From: an uncultured Starkeya sp.
GTDB taxonomy: Bacteria; Pseudomonadota; Alphaproteobacteria; Rhizobiales; Xanthobacteraceae
Direction of reading: 5' to 3'
DNA: 64,000 bases
NCBI GenBank assembly: GCA_964543245.1
Contig: CAZIXP010000001.1
Span: 49,882-113,881, forward strand
In this document: positions 19,741 to 29,934 of the stretch, one piece after another
How the letters are laid out: each line of letters begins with the position of its first letter
Numbering within the stretch: the first letter of the stretch is position 1
The notes under the pieces: generated by a model
Told to the model about the DNA's origin: nothing
Database searches by the model: none
Seen by the model: only the letters and a program-made list of their open reading frames with translations
Translations under genes and position numbers: made by a program

Positions 19741-21267
19741 TCACCCGGCTAGGCTTTGCGCGCTGACGGAGGCCGGTTCGGATTGCATGCTGCCGCGCTC
19801 GCGCAGTCTCGCATGCCAGGAGAGCGCTTCCTCGATGACATGCGGGGTGTGGCCGCCGCGGGCAAGCGCGCGTCGATGATAGTCGCAAAGCGCGTCGCGA
19901 TAGCCCGGATGCACGCAGTTCGCGATGATGGAGCGGGCACGCTCGCGAGGCGCCAGGCCGCGCAAATCCGCCAGACCGATCTCGGTCACCACCAGGTCGA
20001 CATCGTGTTCGGTATGGTCGACATGGCTCACCATCGGCACCACGCTCGACACCAGACCATCCCTGGCCGTCGACTTGGTGACGAACACCGACAGGTAGGC
20101 GTTGCGCGCGAAATCGCCGGAGCCGCCAATGCCGTTCATCATATGCGTGCCGCCGACATGGGTCGAATTGATGTTGCCGTAGATGTCGAACTCCAGCGCG
20201 GTGTTGATGCCGATGATGCCGAGCCGGCGCACGACTTCCGGATGATTGCTGATTTCCTGCGGGCGCAGGATCAGCCGCTGCTTGTAGCGGGGCAATTGCG
20301 GCAGCACCGCCTGGTACTTCGCCGGCGAGAGCGTGATGGACGAGCCGGAGGCGAAATCGAGCTTGCCGGCATCGAACAGCTCGAAGGTCGAATCCTGCAG
20401 CACCTCGGAATACATCGTCAGACTATGGAAGGGCGTGTCGATCAGCCCGTGCAGCACGGCGTTGGCAATGGTGCCGATGCCGGCCTGCAACGGTTGCAGG
20501 CGCTCTGTAAGCCGACCCTTCTTCACCTCGTGCAGGAAGAACTCCGTCAGGTGTCCCGCGATCGCGCGTGTCTCCGCGTCGGGTGGCAGCACGGTCGAGG
20601 AACTGTCGAGCTTCGTCGTGATGACGATGGCCGCGATCTTTCCCGGGTCGACGGGAATGAAGGGCAGTCCGATCCGACTTTGCGGGGCGACGACCGGAAT
20701 CGGCTCGCGCGCAGGCCTGCGCGTGGGGATGTAGATGTCGTGGAGACCTTCGAGCGCGGCGGGCTGGGAGAGGTTGATCTCGACGATGACCTTCTCGGCG
20801 AGAATGGCGAAGCTCGCCGAGTTGCCGACCGATGTGGTCGGCACGATGCCGCCCTCTTCGGTAATGGCCACAGCTTCGATGACCGCGACGTCGACCGGGC
20901 CCATCTGGCGGCTACGCAGCAGCTCGACGGTCTCCGACAGGTGCTGGTCGATGAACATCACCTCGCCGGCATTGATCGCCTTGCGCAAGGCCGGATCGAC
21001 CTGGAACGGCAGGCGGCGGGCGAGAACGCGAGCCTCCGCCAGCGTCTTGTCGAGGTCGTTGCCGAGTGACGCGCCGGTGATCAGGGTGATCTTCAGCGGC
21101 TCGGTTCGCGCGCGCTCGGCGAGCGCCATCGGCACCGCCTTGGCCTCGCCGGCGCGGGTGAAGCCGCTCATGCCGACCGTCATGCCGTCCTTGATCAGAC
21201 GCGCGGCTTCCTCCGCACTGACGACCAGATCCCGAAGGTCGGAACGGCGTACCCGATCCTGATACAT
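19741..21267 (-). CDS. Acetyl-CoA hydrolase / succinate CoA-transferase family protein
   Basis: GMSGFTRAGEAKAVP, LQAGIGTIANAV, SEVLQD and MNGIGGSGDFARNA. Confidence 0.9.
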   Translation of the reverse strand: MYQDRVRRSDLRDLVVSAEEAARLIKDGMTVGMSGFTRAGEAKAVPMALAERARTEPLKITLITGASLGNDLDKTLAEARVLARRLPFQVDPALRKAINAGEVMFIDQHLSETVELLRSRQMGPVDVAVIEAVAITEEGGIVPTTSVGNSASFAILAEKVIVEINLSQPAALEGLHDIYIPTRRPAREPIPVVAPQSRIGLPFIPVDPGKIAAIVITTKLDSSSTVLPPDAETRAIAGHLTEFFLHEVKKGRLTERLQPLQAGIGTIANAVLHGLIDTPFHSLTMYSEVLQDSTFELFDAGKLDFASGSSITLSPAKYQAVLPQLPRYKQRLILRPQEISNHPEVVRRLGIIGINTALEFDIYGNINSTHVGGTHMMNGIGGSGDFARNAYLSVFVTKSTARDGLVSSVVPMVSHVDHTEHDVDLVVTEIGLADLRGLAPRERARSIIANCVHPGYRDALCDYHRRALARGGHTPHVIEEALSWHARLRERGSMQSEPASVSAQSLAG

Positions 21268-21453
21268 GACTGTTTCCCCCACTTGTCGCCCTCGGTCCTG
21301 GCCGTCCCAGGCAACAGCTCTGCTTGTCGTTTCGCGAGCCAGCCGCACCGGCTGACCCGCTTCGCGTTGCCGGCAATGTTCCGATTGCCTGGCATCATGG
21401 CTCGAGCGCCTATCCTCCATCCCGGTGGCAGCGCGCATCCGGGCCCGTCGCTG

Positions 21454-22233
21454 TCACTGGGCCGTATAGCCGCCGTCGATCACGAGCTCCGAGCCCGTTA
21501 CGAACTTCGATTCGTCCGATGCCAGGTAGAGAATTCCATAGGCGATGTCGTTCGGCTCGCCCACGTGGCCGATCGGGTGCAGTGCGTCGAGCGCCTTGCG
21601 TCCCGCATCCGCCTCGCCATCCTCGCTCACCAAAGTGTCCACCAGCGGCGTCCAGATGTAGCCGGGGTGAACCGAGTTCACGCGGATATTGAGCTTTTCC
21701 TTCGCGCAGTAGAGAGCCACCGACTTGGTGTAGAGCCGCACACCGCCCTTCGAGGCATTGTAGACGCCGAGCAGCGGGTCGCCGACGAGGCCGAGGATCG
21801 AGGAGAGGTTGATGATCGAGCCTCCCGGACGCGGATCATTGCGCTTCATCGCGAGCATCGCGTGCTTGGTGCCCAGATAGACACCGTCGAGATTGATGCT
21901 CATCAGCTTGCGCCAGTCTTCATAGGTCTGCTCGTCGGGCGGGCAGGATTTGGCGATGCCGGCATTGTTGACGACGATGTCGACACGACCGAAGCGATCG
22001 GTCGTCGCTTCCACCGCCGCTTCCCACGCGCTTTCATCCGTCACGTCATGATGAACAAACAAGGCGTCGCCGCCGGCCTTGCGGATACCCTCGGCGACCT
22101 GCTCGCCTTCCGCATCCTTGATGTCGGTGATCGCCACCTTCGCGCCCTCGCGCGCCAGTAACTCGGCCGTCGCCCGGCCGATACCCTGGGCCGCACCGGT
22201 GACGATGGCGACCTTTCCTTCAACACGTCGCAT
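21454..22233 (-). CDS. SDR family oxidoreductase
   Basis: TGAAQGIG, NNAG, catalytic YNASK and VNSVHPG. Confidence 0.95.
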   Translation of the reverse strand: MRRVEGKVAIVTGAAQGIGRATAELLAREGAKVAITDIKDAEGEQVAEGIRKAGGDALFVHHDVTDESAWEAAVEATTDRFGRVDIVVNNAGIAKSCPPDEQTYEDWRKLMSINLDGVYLGTKHAMLAMKRNDPRPGGSIINLSSILGLVGDPLLGVYNASKGGVRLYTKSVALYCAKEKLNIRVNSVHPGYIWTPLVDTLVSEDGEADAGRKALDALHPIGHVGEPNDIAYGILYLASDESKFVTGSELVIDGGYTAQ

Positions 22234-22262
22234 GACAATTTCCTTTCAACGATACTTTTTGA

Positions 22263-22544
22263 CTATTCGCTATTGCTTGGCAAACCACTTTGATCCCGGT
22301 CAATGCTTGTCGCAGGATCCAGCATGATCTTCTTGAGAATCCTGCGCACGAGCGGCGCGACCACCAGCACGCTCGGGAAAGCGATCACCCAGGACGAGAA
22401 GTAGGCCCGTACCCAGAACGAGATGATGTCGGACGACCAGCCGACCGCCAGTGCCGTGGATATCCCCGAGATGATGAAGGTCTGTATCCCGGAGAGCAGC
22501 AGCGCGAAGGCCAGATTCTCGTATTTCCTCGGCAGGAACGCCAT
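22263..22544 (-). CDS. DUF2798-like small membrane protein
   Basis: LLLSGIQTFIISGI...WVRAYFSSWVIAFPSVLVVAPLVRRI. Confidence 0.8.
   Translation of the reverse strand: MAFLPRKYENLAFALLLSGIQTFIISGISTALAVGWSSDIISFWVRAYFSSWVIAFPSVLVVAPLVRRILKKIMLDPATSIDRDQSGLPSNSE
22290..22303. promoter_or_regulatory. FNR/FixK-type box upstream of the SDR gene
   Basis: TTGAT-CCCG-GTCAA, 57 bp from the SDR start. Confidence 0.6.
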
Positions 22545-22580
22545 TCCAACAACCATGATGCAGACGGACTCTCCTTCGAT

Positions 22581-22619
22581 ACATACGATACTGCGCAAAT
22601 GCGTAGAAACGGATAATTC
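22581..22619 (-). promoter_or_regulatory. Putative LysR/OxyR-type operator, copy of 30878-30916
   Basis: Its reverse complement matches 30878-30916 at about 31 of 39 positions (aligned by eye). Confidence 0.55.
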
Positions 22620-22726
22620 GCATCACCGTCATTGATGGCGTCGATCAAGCGCGCCGGCCCCGCACGGCGCGCGACGAACAATTTTATCTTCATACTTGTG
22701 TAGATACGGCATCACGCGTATATCAA

Positions 22727-22744
22727 TTTCAGAAATTTTTGAAA
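22727..22744. promoter_or_regulatory. Palindromic operator upstream of the GbsR-type regulator/cyd operon
   Basis: TTTCA-N8-TGAAA, 17 bp upstream of the regulator ATG. Confidence 0.55.
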
Positions 22745-22761
22745 CTTCAGGATCCGCGGGC

Positions 22762-23334
22762 ATGAACCTTCCGCCACTCGTCCAGGCCTTCGTGCTGCAT
22801 TTCGGCGAAATGGGCAGCCGCTGGGGCATCAACCGCACCGTCGGCCAGATCTATGCACTGCTCTATGTCTCGCCCGAACCGCTCTGCGCCGACCAGATCG
22901 TCGAGGCGCTCGGCATTTCCCGCTCCAACGTCTCGATGAGCCTGCGCGAGCTGCAGGGATGGGACCTCGTCGTGCTCAAGCACCTGCCCGACGATCGACG
23001 CGACTTCTTCACCACGCCGGACGACGTCTGGCAGATCCTTCGCACCCTCGCCGAGGAACGCAAGAAGCGCGAGATCGACCCGACGCTCTCGGTCCTGCGC
23101 GAAATCCTCATGCAGCAGCCGGGCAACGAGAACGAACGCTTCGCGCAGCAGCGCATGGCCGAGATGCACGGCCTGATCGAGCGCCTGACCAACTGGTACG
23201 ACGATGTCAAACGGCTCGAAACCGACCGCCTCGCAACGCTTCTGAGCCTCGGCTCCAAAGTGACGAAGCTGCTCGAGACCAAGGACAAGATCGTCTCCAT
23301 CGGCCGCAAGAAGCCGCGCTCCGGGGAGACGTGA
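22762..23334 (+). CDS. GbsR/MarR family regulator of the cyd operon
   Basis: FVLHFGEMGSRWGINRTVGQIYALL and SRSNVSMSLREL. Confidence 0.9.
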   Translation: MNLPPLVQAFVLHFGEMGSRWGINRTVGQIYALLYVSPEPLCADQIVEALGISRSNVSMSLRELQGWDLVVLKHLPDDRRDFFTTPDDVWQILRTLAEERKKREIDPTLSVLREILMQQPGNENERFAQQRMAEMHGLIERLTNWYDDVKRLETDRLATLLSLGSKVTKLLETKDKIVSIGRKKPRSGET

Positions 23335-25118
23335 GCGTGACCGGGGCGGGCAGCATCAGCATGCGATCGGGTTCGGGAACGCCACCGGCGGCGTCCGGCC
23401 CATCGGCCAGTGCCCGCACCGGATCGGCGTCTCTTGCCGATGAGGGTCTCTCGGACGACGGACCGAAACAGCCCGGGCGGACGCTTTTGGGGCCGACGCT
23501 TCAGGTTGCCGCCTCGCTGCTCTGGATACCGCAGGCCGCGCTCATCAGCCTGTCGGTCGGCGACATTGCCGCCGGTGGCGACATCGACGCCGTGCTCATC
23601 AATGCGGGAGGCGTTCTGGCGCTCGGCATCGTCAGGGCCGTGGTCGACGCGCTCGGCGGCCGGGTCGCCTATCGCCGGGCGCGCGCGCTCCTGTCTCATC
23701 ATCGCCGCGACGCCGTTGCGACGCTGGCCGCCCGCTCGCCGCTCGATGCCGGGCGCCCGGCATCCGGGCTTGCCGCAAGCACACTCGGCGAGCAGGCCGA
23801 GGCGATCGTTCCCTATCTTGCCCGTTTCCAGCCGGCGCGCCTGCGGGCGAGCATCGTTCCCCTTGCCATCCTTGGCTGCGTCCTCGTCTGGTCATGGGCC
23901 GCCGCTCTCGTCCTCCTCATCGCCGCGCCGCTGATCCCGATCTTCATGGCGCTTATCGGATGGCGCGCCAAAGCAGCCTCCGAGGCGCAGCTTGTCGAAT
24001 TGGGCGGCATGAATGCCTTTCTGCTCGACAGGCTGCGCGGCCTGGCGACGATCCGTTCGCTCGATGCCGTCGATCTGACCGCCAATCGGCTGAGAGCCGA
24101 CGCCGAGAGCCTGCGCACCCGCACAATGGCGGTGCTGCGCATCGCCTTTCTGTCTTCGGCCGTGCTCGAGCTCTTCGCCGCGCTCGGCGTCGCCATGGTC
24201 GCCGTCTACGTCGGCTTCCATCTTCTCGGCCAGCTTCCCTTCGGCGCATGGGCAGGCAAGCTTTCGCTGAGCGAAGGCCTGTTCATCCTGCTGCTGGCGC
24301 CCGCCTTCTTCGAGCCCTTGCGCGACCTCTCCGCCGTCTGGCATGACCGCGCCGCCGGCGAGGCCGCGCTCGAAGCCCTGCAGCGCCTCGCCCAGAAAGG
24401 CGAACGGCTCCCCGGTGCCGCTAACGGGGAGCCGGGGGACAAACCATCCTCGCTGGCGCCGCTTTCCGTGCGCGTCGACAACCTCCGTTTCCGTCATGCC
24501 GGACAGCGCGCGCCGGTCTTCGATGGTTTTGGGCTCACGGTCGCGGCGGGAGAACATGTCGCACTGCTCGGGCCCAGCGGAACGGGAAAGTCGACACTGC
24601 TAGCGCTGCTTGCCGGTCTCTCCCTTCCCGAAAGCGGGCGCATCGCCATCGCTGGAGAGACGTTGTCGGATCGCAATGCCGCACGATTGCGCCGCCGCAT
24701 TGCCTGGATCGGCCAGACCCCGCATGTCTTCGCCGGCACGCTCGCCGGCAATGTCTCCCTCGGTCGGTCCGACGTCAGCAGAGCAGCCATCCATAGTGCG
24801 CTGCAAAGCGTCGGTCTCGGAGAGGTTGCCGCCAGGAGAGGGGCCGTTCCGGTCGGCGAGAACGGGGTCGGGCTTTCGGGCGGCGAGGCTTCCCGCCTGG
24901 CGCTCGCGCGCGTGGCCGTGGCCCCGCAGACTGGGCTGATCCTCGTCGACGAGCCCACCGCCCATCTCGACACGAGGACCGCAGCGGCGATCGCCGATGC
25001 GTTGATTGCGCTTGCCCGTGACCGCACGCTGATCGTGGCCACCCATGATCCGGTGCTCGCGGCGCGCATGGACCGGATCGTGCGCCTGGCGCCTTCGCCG
25101 CTGGAGGACGCCGCATGA
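23331..25118 (+). CDS. cydD: Thiol reductant ABC exporter CydD
   Basis: RTMAVLRIAFLSSAVLELF, APAFFEPLR, Walker A GPSGTGKST, LSGGE, DEPTAHLD; start uncertain. Confidence 0.9.
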   Translation: MSVTGAGSISMRSGSGTPPAASGPSASARTGSASLADEGLSDDGPKQPGRTLLGPTLQVAASLLWIPQAALISLSVGDIAAGGDIDAVLINAGGVLALGIVRAVVDALGGRVAYRRARALLSHHRRDAVATLAARSPLDAGRPASGLAASTLGEQAEAIVPYLARFQPARLRASIVPLAILGCVLVWSWAAALVLLIAAPLIPIFMALIGWRAKAASEAQLVELGGMNAFLLDRLRGLATIRSLDAVDLTANRLRADAESLRTRTMAVLRIAFLSSAVLELFAALGVAMVAVYVGFHLLGQLPFGAWAGKLSLSEGLFILLLAPAFFEPLRDLSAVWHDRAAGEAALEALQRLAQKGERLPGAANGEPGDKPSSLAPLSVRVDNLRFRHAGQRAPVFDGFGLTVAAGEHVALLGPSGTGKSTLLALLAGLSLPESGRIAIAGETLSDRNAARLRRRIAWIGQTPHVFAGTLAGNVSLGRSDVSRAAIHSALQSVGLGEVAARRGAVPVGENGVGLSGGEASRLALARVAVAPQTGLILVDEPTAHLDTRTAAAIADALIALARDRTLIVATHDPVLAARMDRIVRLAPSPLEDAA

Positions 25119-26806
25119 TCGCTCGTGCACGCCAGTTACTTCCGGTCGCGCGGCTGTTCCTCACCGGCAACCGCCCCATGCTGCTCTCCGGACTGTTGCT
25201 TTCGGCGGCGACGGCGCTTTCCGGCGTGGCGCTCCTCGGCCTTTCCGGCTGGTTCATCACCGCGACAGCCATCGCGGGTCTGTCCGTTGCGACCGCGCTC
25301 GCCTTCGACGTGTTTGCGCCGTCCGCGGGCATCCGCTTCCTGGCGCTGGCGCGCACGGCCGCCCGCTACGGCGAGCGGTTGACCACGCATGACGCCACGC
25401 TCGGCGTTCTCGCCGAACTGCGCGAGCGCCTGTTCCGGGGATGGGCAAGAGCAGGGGTGGCGGGCGAACTCGCCAAGCGTCCCGCCCGTCTTCTCTTCCG
25501 CCTCACGCTCGACATCGACGCGCTCGACTCGCTCTATCTGCGGGTCGCCGTCCCGATCGCCGCCGCGCTCGCCGTGGCGCTGACGAGTGGTGTCGCCCTG
25601 GCGCTGGTGCATCCCGTGCTCGGCGCGGTGACCGCCATCTTTCTGGTTGTCGTCGGGACGGGCATCCCGATCGCAGCGGCGGTGGCTGCGAGGCGGCCGG
25701 CCCGGCGCAGGGCCTATGCCCTGGAGATCCTGCGCTCGCGGGTCATCGACCTCATCGCCGGCCAGACCGAATGGATCATGGCCGGGCAGCTCGCCGATCG
25801 CCAAGGCGAGCTCGGCGCCGTAGACCGCTACCTGTCGGACAGTGACGACGCACTGAACCGCATCGAAACGATGACCAGCATCGCCTTCGGCGCCGCCGGC
25901 GCGCTTCTCTTGTCGGCCGTCCTCGTGGCCATGGGGCTTCTGGCCGGACAAGGCATGTTCGCCGCGCCGGTCGCCGCCCTCGGCCTCCTCATAGCCCTGG
26001 CCGCGCTCGATCCCTTTGCGGCGCTGCGGCGCGGATCCGTCGAACTCGGCCGCACGCTGCTTGCGGTACGGCGGATCGCACCGCGTCTGGAGGCTGCGGC
26101 CCCGGCACCCGCCATCGCACCGCCGCCACCAGGTATCGCCACGTGCATTGTCGATGTCACCATCAGGCATTCCGGCGCGAGAGCCCCGATCCTCCATGCG
26201 ATCTCGCTTTCAATACGGGCTGGCGATCGTGTCGCCGTGATCGGCCCGAGCGGAGCCGGTAAGTCGACGCTGCTTGCCCTCATCGCCGGCGAGATCCGCG
26301 CCGAGACGGGGCAGGTCGCATGCAGCTCCGCTACGCTCTTCACCCAGCGGACCGAACTGTTCCAGGATTGCGTACGCGACAATCTTCGCCTTGCCGACCC
26401 GCAGGCCGACGACCGCCGTCTTTGGGGGGCGCTGGACGCCGCCGGGCTGCGCCGCGACATCGAAGCCATGTCGCACGGTCTGAACACGCGCCTCGGGGAG
26501 GCAGGATACGGCCTTTCCGGAGGACAGGCACGCCGGCTCGCACTCGCCCGTCTTCTCCTTCGTGACACCCCGCTCTGGCTGCTCGACGAGCCGACGGAAG
26601 GTCTCGATGGGGCGACGGCGCGTGACGTGCTTGCGCGCATCATGGCGCAGGCCGCAGGCCACACGATCGTCGTGGCGACGCATATCCGGCGCGAGGCCGA
26701 AAACGCCGACCGACTGGTCATCCTGAACAAGGGAACCATCACCGCCGTCATCGGGCGTGGCGAGCCCGGCTTCGTGGCCGCACTCGCCGCGCTGCGACCC
26801 GACTGA
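25115..26806 (+). CDS. cydC: Thiol reductant ABC exporter CydC
   Basis: LLGLSGWFITATA, RTAARYGERLTTHDAT, GPSGAGKST, LSGGQARRL, DEPTEGLD. Confidence 0.92.
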   Translation: MIARARQLLPVARLFLTGNRPMLLSGLLLSAATALSGVALLGLSGWFITATAIAGLSVATALAFDVFAPSAGIRFLALARTAARYGERLTTHDATLGVLAELRERLFRGWARAGVAGELAKRPARLLFRLTLDIDALDSLYLRVAVPIAAALAVALTSGVALALVHPVLGAVTAIFLVVVGTGIPIAAAVAARRPARRRAYALEILRSRVIDLIAGQTEWIMAGQLADRQGELGAVDRYLSDSDDALNRIETMTSIAFGAAGALLLSAVLVAMGLLAGQGMFAAPVAALGLLIALAALDPFAALRRGSVELGRTLLAVRRIAPRLEAAAPAPAIAPPPPGIATCIVDVTIRHSGARAPILHAISLSIRAGDRVAVIGPSGAGKSTLLALIAGEIRAETGQVACSSATLFTQRTELFQDCVRDNLRLADPQADDRRLWGALDAAGLRRDIEAMSHGLNTRLGEAGYGLSGGQARRLALARLLLRDTPLWLLDEPTEGLDGATARDVLARIMAQAAGHTIVVATHIRREAENADRLVILNKGTITAVIGRGEPGFVAALAALRPD

Positions 26807-26886
26807 CGGCGCTCAACCGCAATCAGGCGCTACCTCTGGCGTGACGCCGTAACGACAAGGAGGCCGGACGAAGCCGGACCAAGTCA

Positions 26887-28464
26887 ATGGAACTCGATAT
26901 TGTTGATCTTTCGCGGCTGCAATTCGCCATAACCGCGCTCTACCACTTCCTGTTCGTGCCGCTGACGCTCGGCCTCTCCGTGCTGCTGGCCATCATGGAG
27001 ACGGTCTATGTCATGACCGGCCGGCCGATCTGGCGACAGATGACGAAATTCTGGGGCACGTTGTTCGGCATCAACTTCGTCCTCGGCGTCGCCACCGGCA
27101 TCGTCATGGAATTCCAGTTCGGCATGAACTGGAGCTACTACAGCCACTATGTCGGGGACATCTTCGGCGCGCCGCTGGCGATCGAGGGTCTGATGGCCTT
27201 CTTCCTCGAGGCGACCTTTGTCGGTCTGTTCTTCTTCGGCTGGGACAAGCTCTCCAAGGTCGGTCATCTCGTGGCGACCTGGGCGGTGGCGCTCGGCTCC
27301 AACCTTTCGGCGCTGTGGATCCTCGTCGCCAACGGCTGGATGCAGAACCCGGTCGGCTCCGTCTTCAATCCCGAAACAATGCGCATGGAGGTTAGCGACT
27401 TCTATGCCGTGCTGCTCAACCCGGTGGCGCAGGCGAAGTTCGTCCATACGGTCTCGGCAGGCTATGTCACCGCCGCGGTGTTCGTGCTCGGCGTTTCGGC
27501 TTGGTACGTGCTGAAGGGCCGTCATGCGGAACTCGCGAAACGCTCTATGACGGTTGCCGCCTCCTTCGGCCTTGCGGCTGCCCTGTCCGTCGTCGTGCTC
27601 GGTGACGAAAGCGGTTATCTGTCGACCGAGCACCAGAAGATGAAGCTCGCGGCCATCGAGGGCATGTGGGAAACCGAACCGGCGCCCGCCGCCTTCACGC
27701 TCCTCGGCTTGCCCGATCAGCAATCCCGCGAGACCCATTACGCGGTCAAGATTCCCTGGGTCATGGGCCTGATCGGCACCCGCTCGCTCACCACCGAAAT
27801 CCCGGGCATCGACGAGCTCGTGGTCCATGCCGAAAGCCGCATCCGCCGGGGAATCACGGCCTTCGACGCGCTCCAGCAGATTCGCCAAGCCGGTGGCCCG
27901 AACGCCGTCGCTGCGGACGTTCGCGCGGCCTTCGAGGACAACGGCCAGCATCTCGGCTACGCCTTGCTGCTCAAGCGCTACGTCGACGATCCGCGCCAGG
28001 CGAGCGACGCGCAGATCGCGCAGGCGGCATGGGATACGGTGCCGCACGTGCCGTCCCTGTTCTGGTCGTTCCGCATCATGGTCGGGCTGGGCTTCTTCTT
28101 CATCGCCCTGATGGCCCTGTTCTTCTATCTCTCGGCAAGACGCAGGCTCGACCGCTATCCCCTGCTGCTGCGTCTCGCGGTCTTTTCCATCCCGCTGCCG
28201 TGGATCGCAGCCGAGCTCGGCTGGGTCGTCGCCGAGTTCGGCCGCCAGCCCTGGATCATCGAAGGGGTGCTTCCCACCGCCGCCGCGGTCTCCAATCTCG
28301 GGGCCGCGACACTGCTCGTCACCATCGCCGGCTTCGTGCTGATCTACACGGTCCTGTTCGTCATCGAGATGGCCCTGATGATCCGGGCGATCCGCAAGGG
28401 ACCCGAGCCCGACGACGAGGCCGAGGCCGAGCTCGTTTCCCCCTCCCTCGTCGCCGCGGAGTGA
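26887..28464 (+). CDS. cydA: Cytochrome bd ubiquinol oxidase subunit I
   Basis: [38 protein letters not shown] and GRQPW. Confidence 0.97.
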   Translation: MELDIVDLSRLQFAITALYHFLFVPLTLGLSVLLAIMETVYVMTGRPIWRQMTKFWGTLFGINFVLGVATGIVMEFQFGMNWSYYSHYVGDIFGAPLAIEGLMAFFLEATFVGLFFFGWDKLSKVGHLVATWAVALGSNLSALWILVANGWMQNPVGSVFNPETMRMEVSDFYAVLLNPVAQAKFVHTVSAGYVTAAVFVLGVSAWYVLKGRHAELAKRSMTVAASFGLAAALSVVVLGDESGYLSTEHQKMKLAAIEGMWETEPAPAAFTLLGLPDQQSRETHYAVKIPWVMGLIGTRSLTTEIPGIDELVVHAESRIRRGITAFDALQQIRQAGGPNAVAADVRAAFEDNGQHLGYALLLKRYVDDPRQASDAQIAQAAWDTVPHVPSLFWSFRIMVGLGFFFIALMALFFYLSARRRLDRYPLLLRLAVFSIPLPWIAAELGWVVAEFGRQPWIIEGVLPTAAAVSNLGAATLLVTIAGFVLIYTVLFVIEMALMIRAIRKGPEPDDEAEAELVSPSLVAAE

Positions 28465-28469
28465 ACCTC

Positions 28470-29627
28470 ATGATCCTGCATCAATTCATCGACTACGAAA
28501 TGCTCCGCGTCGTCTGGTGGCTGCTGCTCGGCGTGCTCCTGATCGGCTTCGCCGTGATGGACGGCTTCGACCTTGGCACCGCCACGCTGCTGCCCTTCGT
28601 CGCCAGGAGCGATGTGGAGCGGCGCGTCGTCATCAACGCGGTCGGGCCGGTCTGGGAAGGCAACCAGGTCTGGCTGATCCTCGGCGGCGGCGCCATCTTC
28701 GCCGCCTGGCCGCCGCTCTATGCGGTGTCCTTCTCCGGCTTCTACCTGGCCATGTTCGCCATCCTCTTCGCGCTGATCCTGCGCCCGGTCGGCTTCAAAT
28801 ACCGTTCCAAGCGCGACAGCGCGGCCTGGCGCTCGGCCTGGGACTGGGCCCTCTTCATCGGCGGCTTCGTGCCGGCGCTCGTCATGGGCGTGGCCGTCGG
28901 CAATGTGCTGCAGGGCGTGCCGTTCCGTTTCGGCGACGATCTGCGCATCTATTACGAGGGCACGACGCTGTTCGAACTGCTCAATCCGTTCGGATTGCTG
29001 GCCGGCCTTGTCTCGGTCGCCATGCTCGTCATGCATGGGGCGGCCTGGCTCATCCTCAAAAGCGAGGGGCCCGTCGCCGAGCGCGCGCGACGCTGGGGGA
29101 GCATTGCCGCCACCGTGACGATCGTCCTGTTCGCGCTCGGCGGCCTCTGGCTCTGGCTCGGCATCGACGGCTATCGGATCACCAGCGAGGTCACCACGAC
29201 CGGTGCGTCCAACCCGCTGCGCAAAACCGTCGAGGAGGCGCCGGGCGTCTGGTTTGAGAACTATGGCGCGCATCCGTGGATGACGATCGCTCCCGCGCTC
29301 GGCTTCCTCGGCGCGGCGGGAGGCTACGTGTTCATGCGCGCGCGCCGGGAAATCCCGGCACTGCTCTCCACCTCGGTCTCCATCCTCGGCATCATCTCGA
29401 CGGTGGGATTGTCGATGTTCCCGTTCATCCTTCCGTCCTCCCTCGACCCCCGGTCGAGCCTGACGGTCTGGGATGCCTCCTCGAGCCATCTCACGCTCTT
29501 CATCATGCTGGTCGTGACCGTCGTCTTCGTGCCGATCATCGTCGCCTACACCGCGTGGGTCTATCGCGTCCTGTGGGGCAAGGTCGACGAAAAGAGCATC
29601 CGCGAAGGAAACGGTCACGCCTATTGA
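28470..29627 (+). CDS. cydB: Cytochrome bd ubiquinol oxidase subunit II
   Basis: [17 protein letters not shown] and [10 protein letters not shown]. Confidence 0.97.
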   Translation: MILHQFIDYEMLRVVWWLLLGVLLIGFAVMDGFDLGTATLLPFVARSDVERRVVINAVGPVWEGNQVWLILGGGAIFAAWPPLYAVSFSGFYLAMFAILFALILRPVGFKYRSKRDSAAWRSAWDWALFIGGFVPALVMGVAVGNVLQGVPFRFGDDLRIYYEGTTLFELLNPFGLLAGLVSVAMLVMHGAAWLILKSEGPVAERARRWGSIAATVTIVLFALGGLWLWLGIDGYRITSEVTTTGASNPLRKTVEEAPGVWFENYGAHPWMTIAPALGFLGAAGGYVFMRARREIPALLSTSVSILGIISTVGLSMFPFILPSSLDPRSSLTVWDASSSHLTLFIMLVVTVVFVPIIVAYTAWVYRVLWGKVDEKSIREGNGHAY

Positions 29628-29644
29628 CGGAAAGGATAGTTGCA

Positions 29645-29791
29645 ATGTGGTATTTCGCCTGGCTTCTCGGCCTGCCGCTGGCGGCGGCGTTCGCCGTCCT
29701 CAATGCGATGTGGTACGAACTCATGGACGACGCGGCGAAGAAGCCGGCGCAGCCGCTTCACGCGACCGGACATACACACCCCGACCGGTAA
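29645..29791 (+). CDS. cydX: Cytochrome bd oxidase small subunit X
   Basis: MWYFAWLLGLPLAAAFAVLNAMWYE. Confidence 0.92.
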   Translation: MWYFAWLLGLPLAAAFAVLNAMWYELMDDAAKKPAQPLHATGHTHPDR

Positions 29792-29934
29792 GTCCTGGGA
29801 CGTCACCTTTCGGTGGCGTCTTGGCGTCCTCCAGCGGCGGCGGTCGCTTTGTCATGTCGCAGCGCCGATGGTTCATCGGCGCATGCCAAGGGCGGATGCT
29901 GTCGAGGCACCCCATGCCGCGTGGCGGCCTCGCT

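Noticed and set aside
22632-22648. TTGAT...ATCAA upstream of the cyd operon as an FNR box
   Set aside because: The spacer is 7 nt rather than 4.
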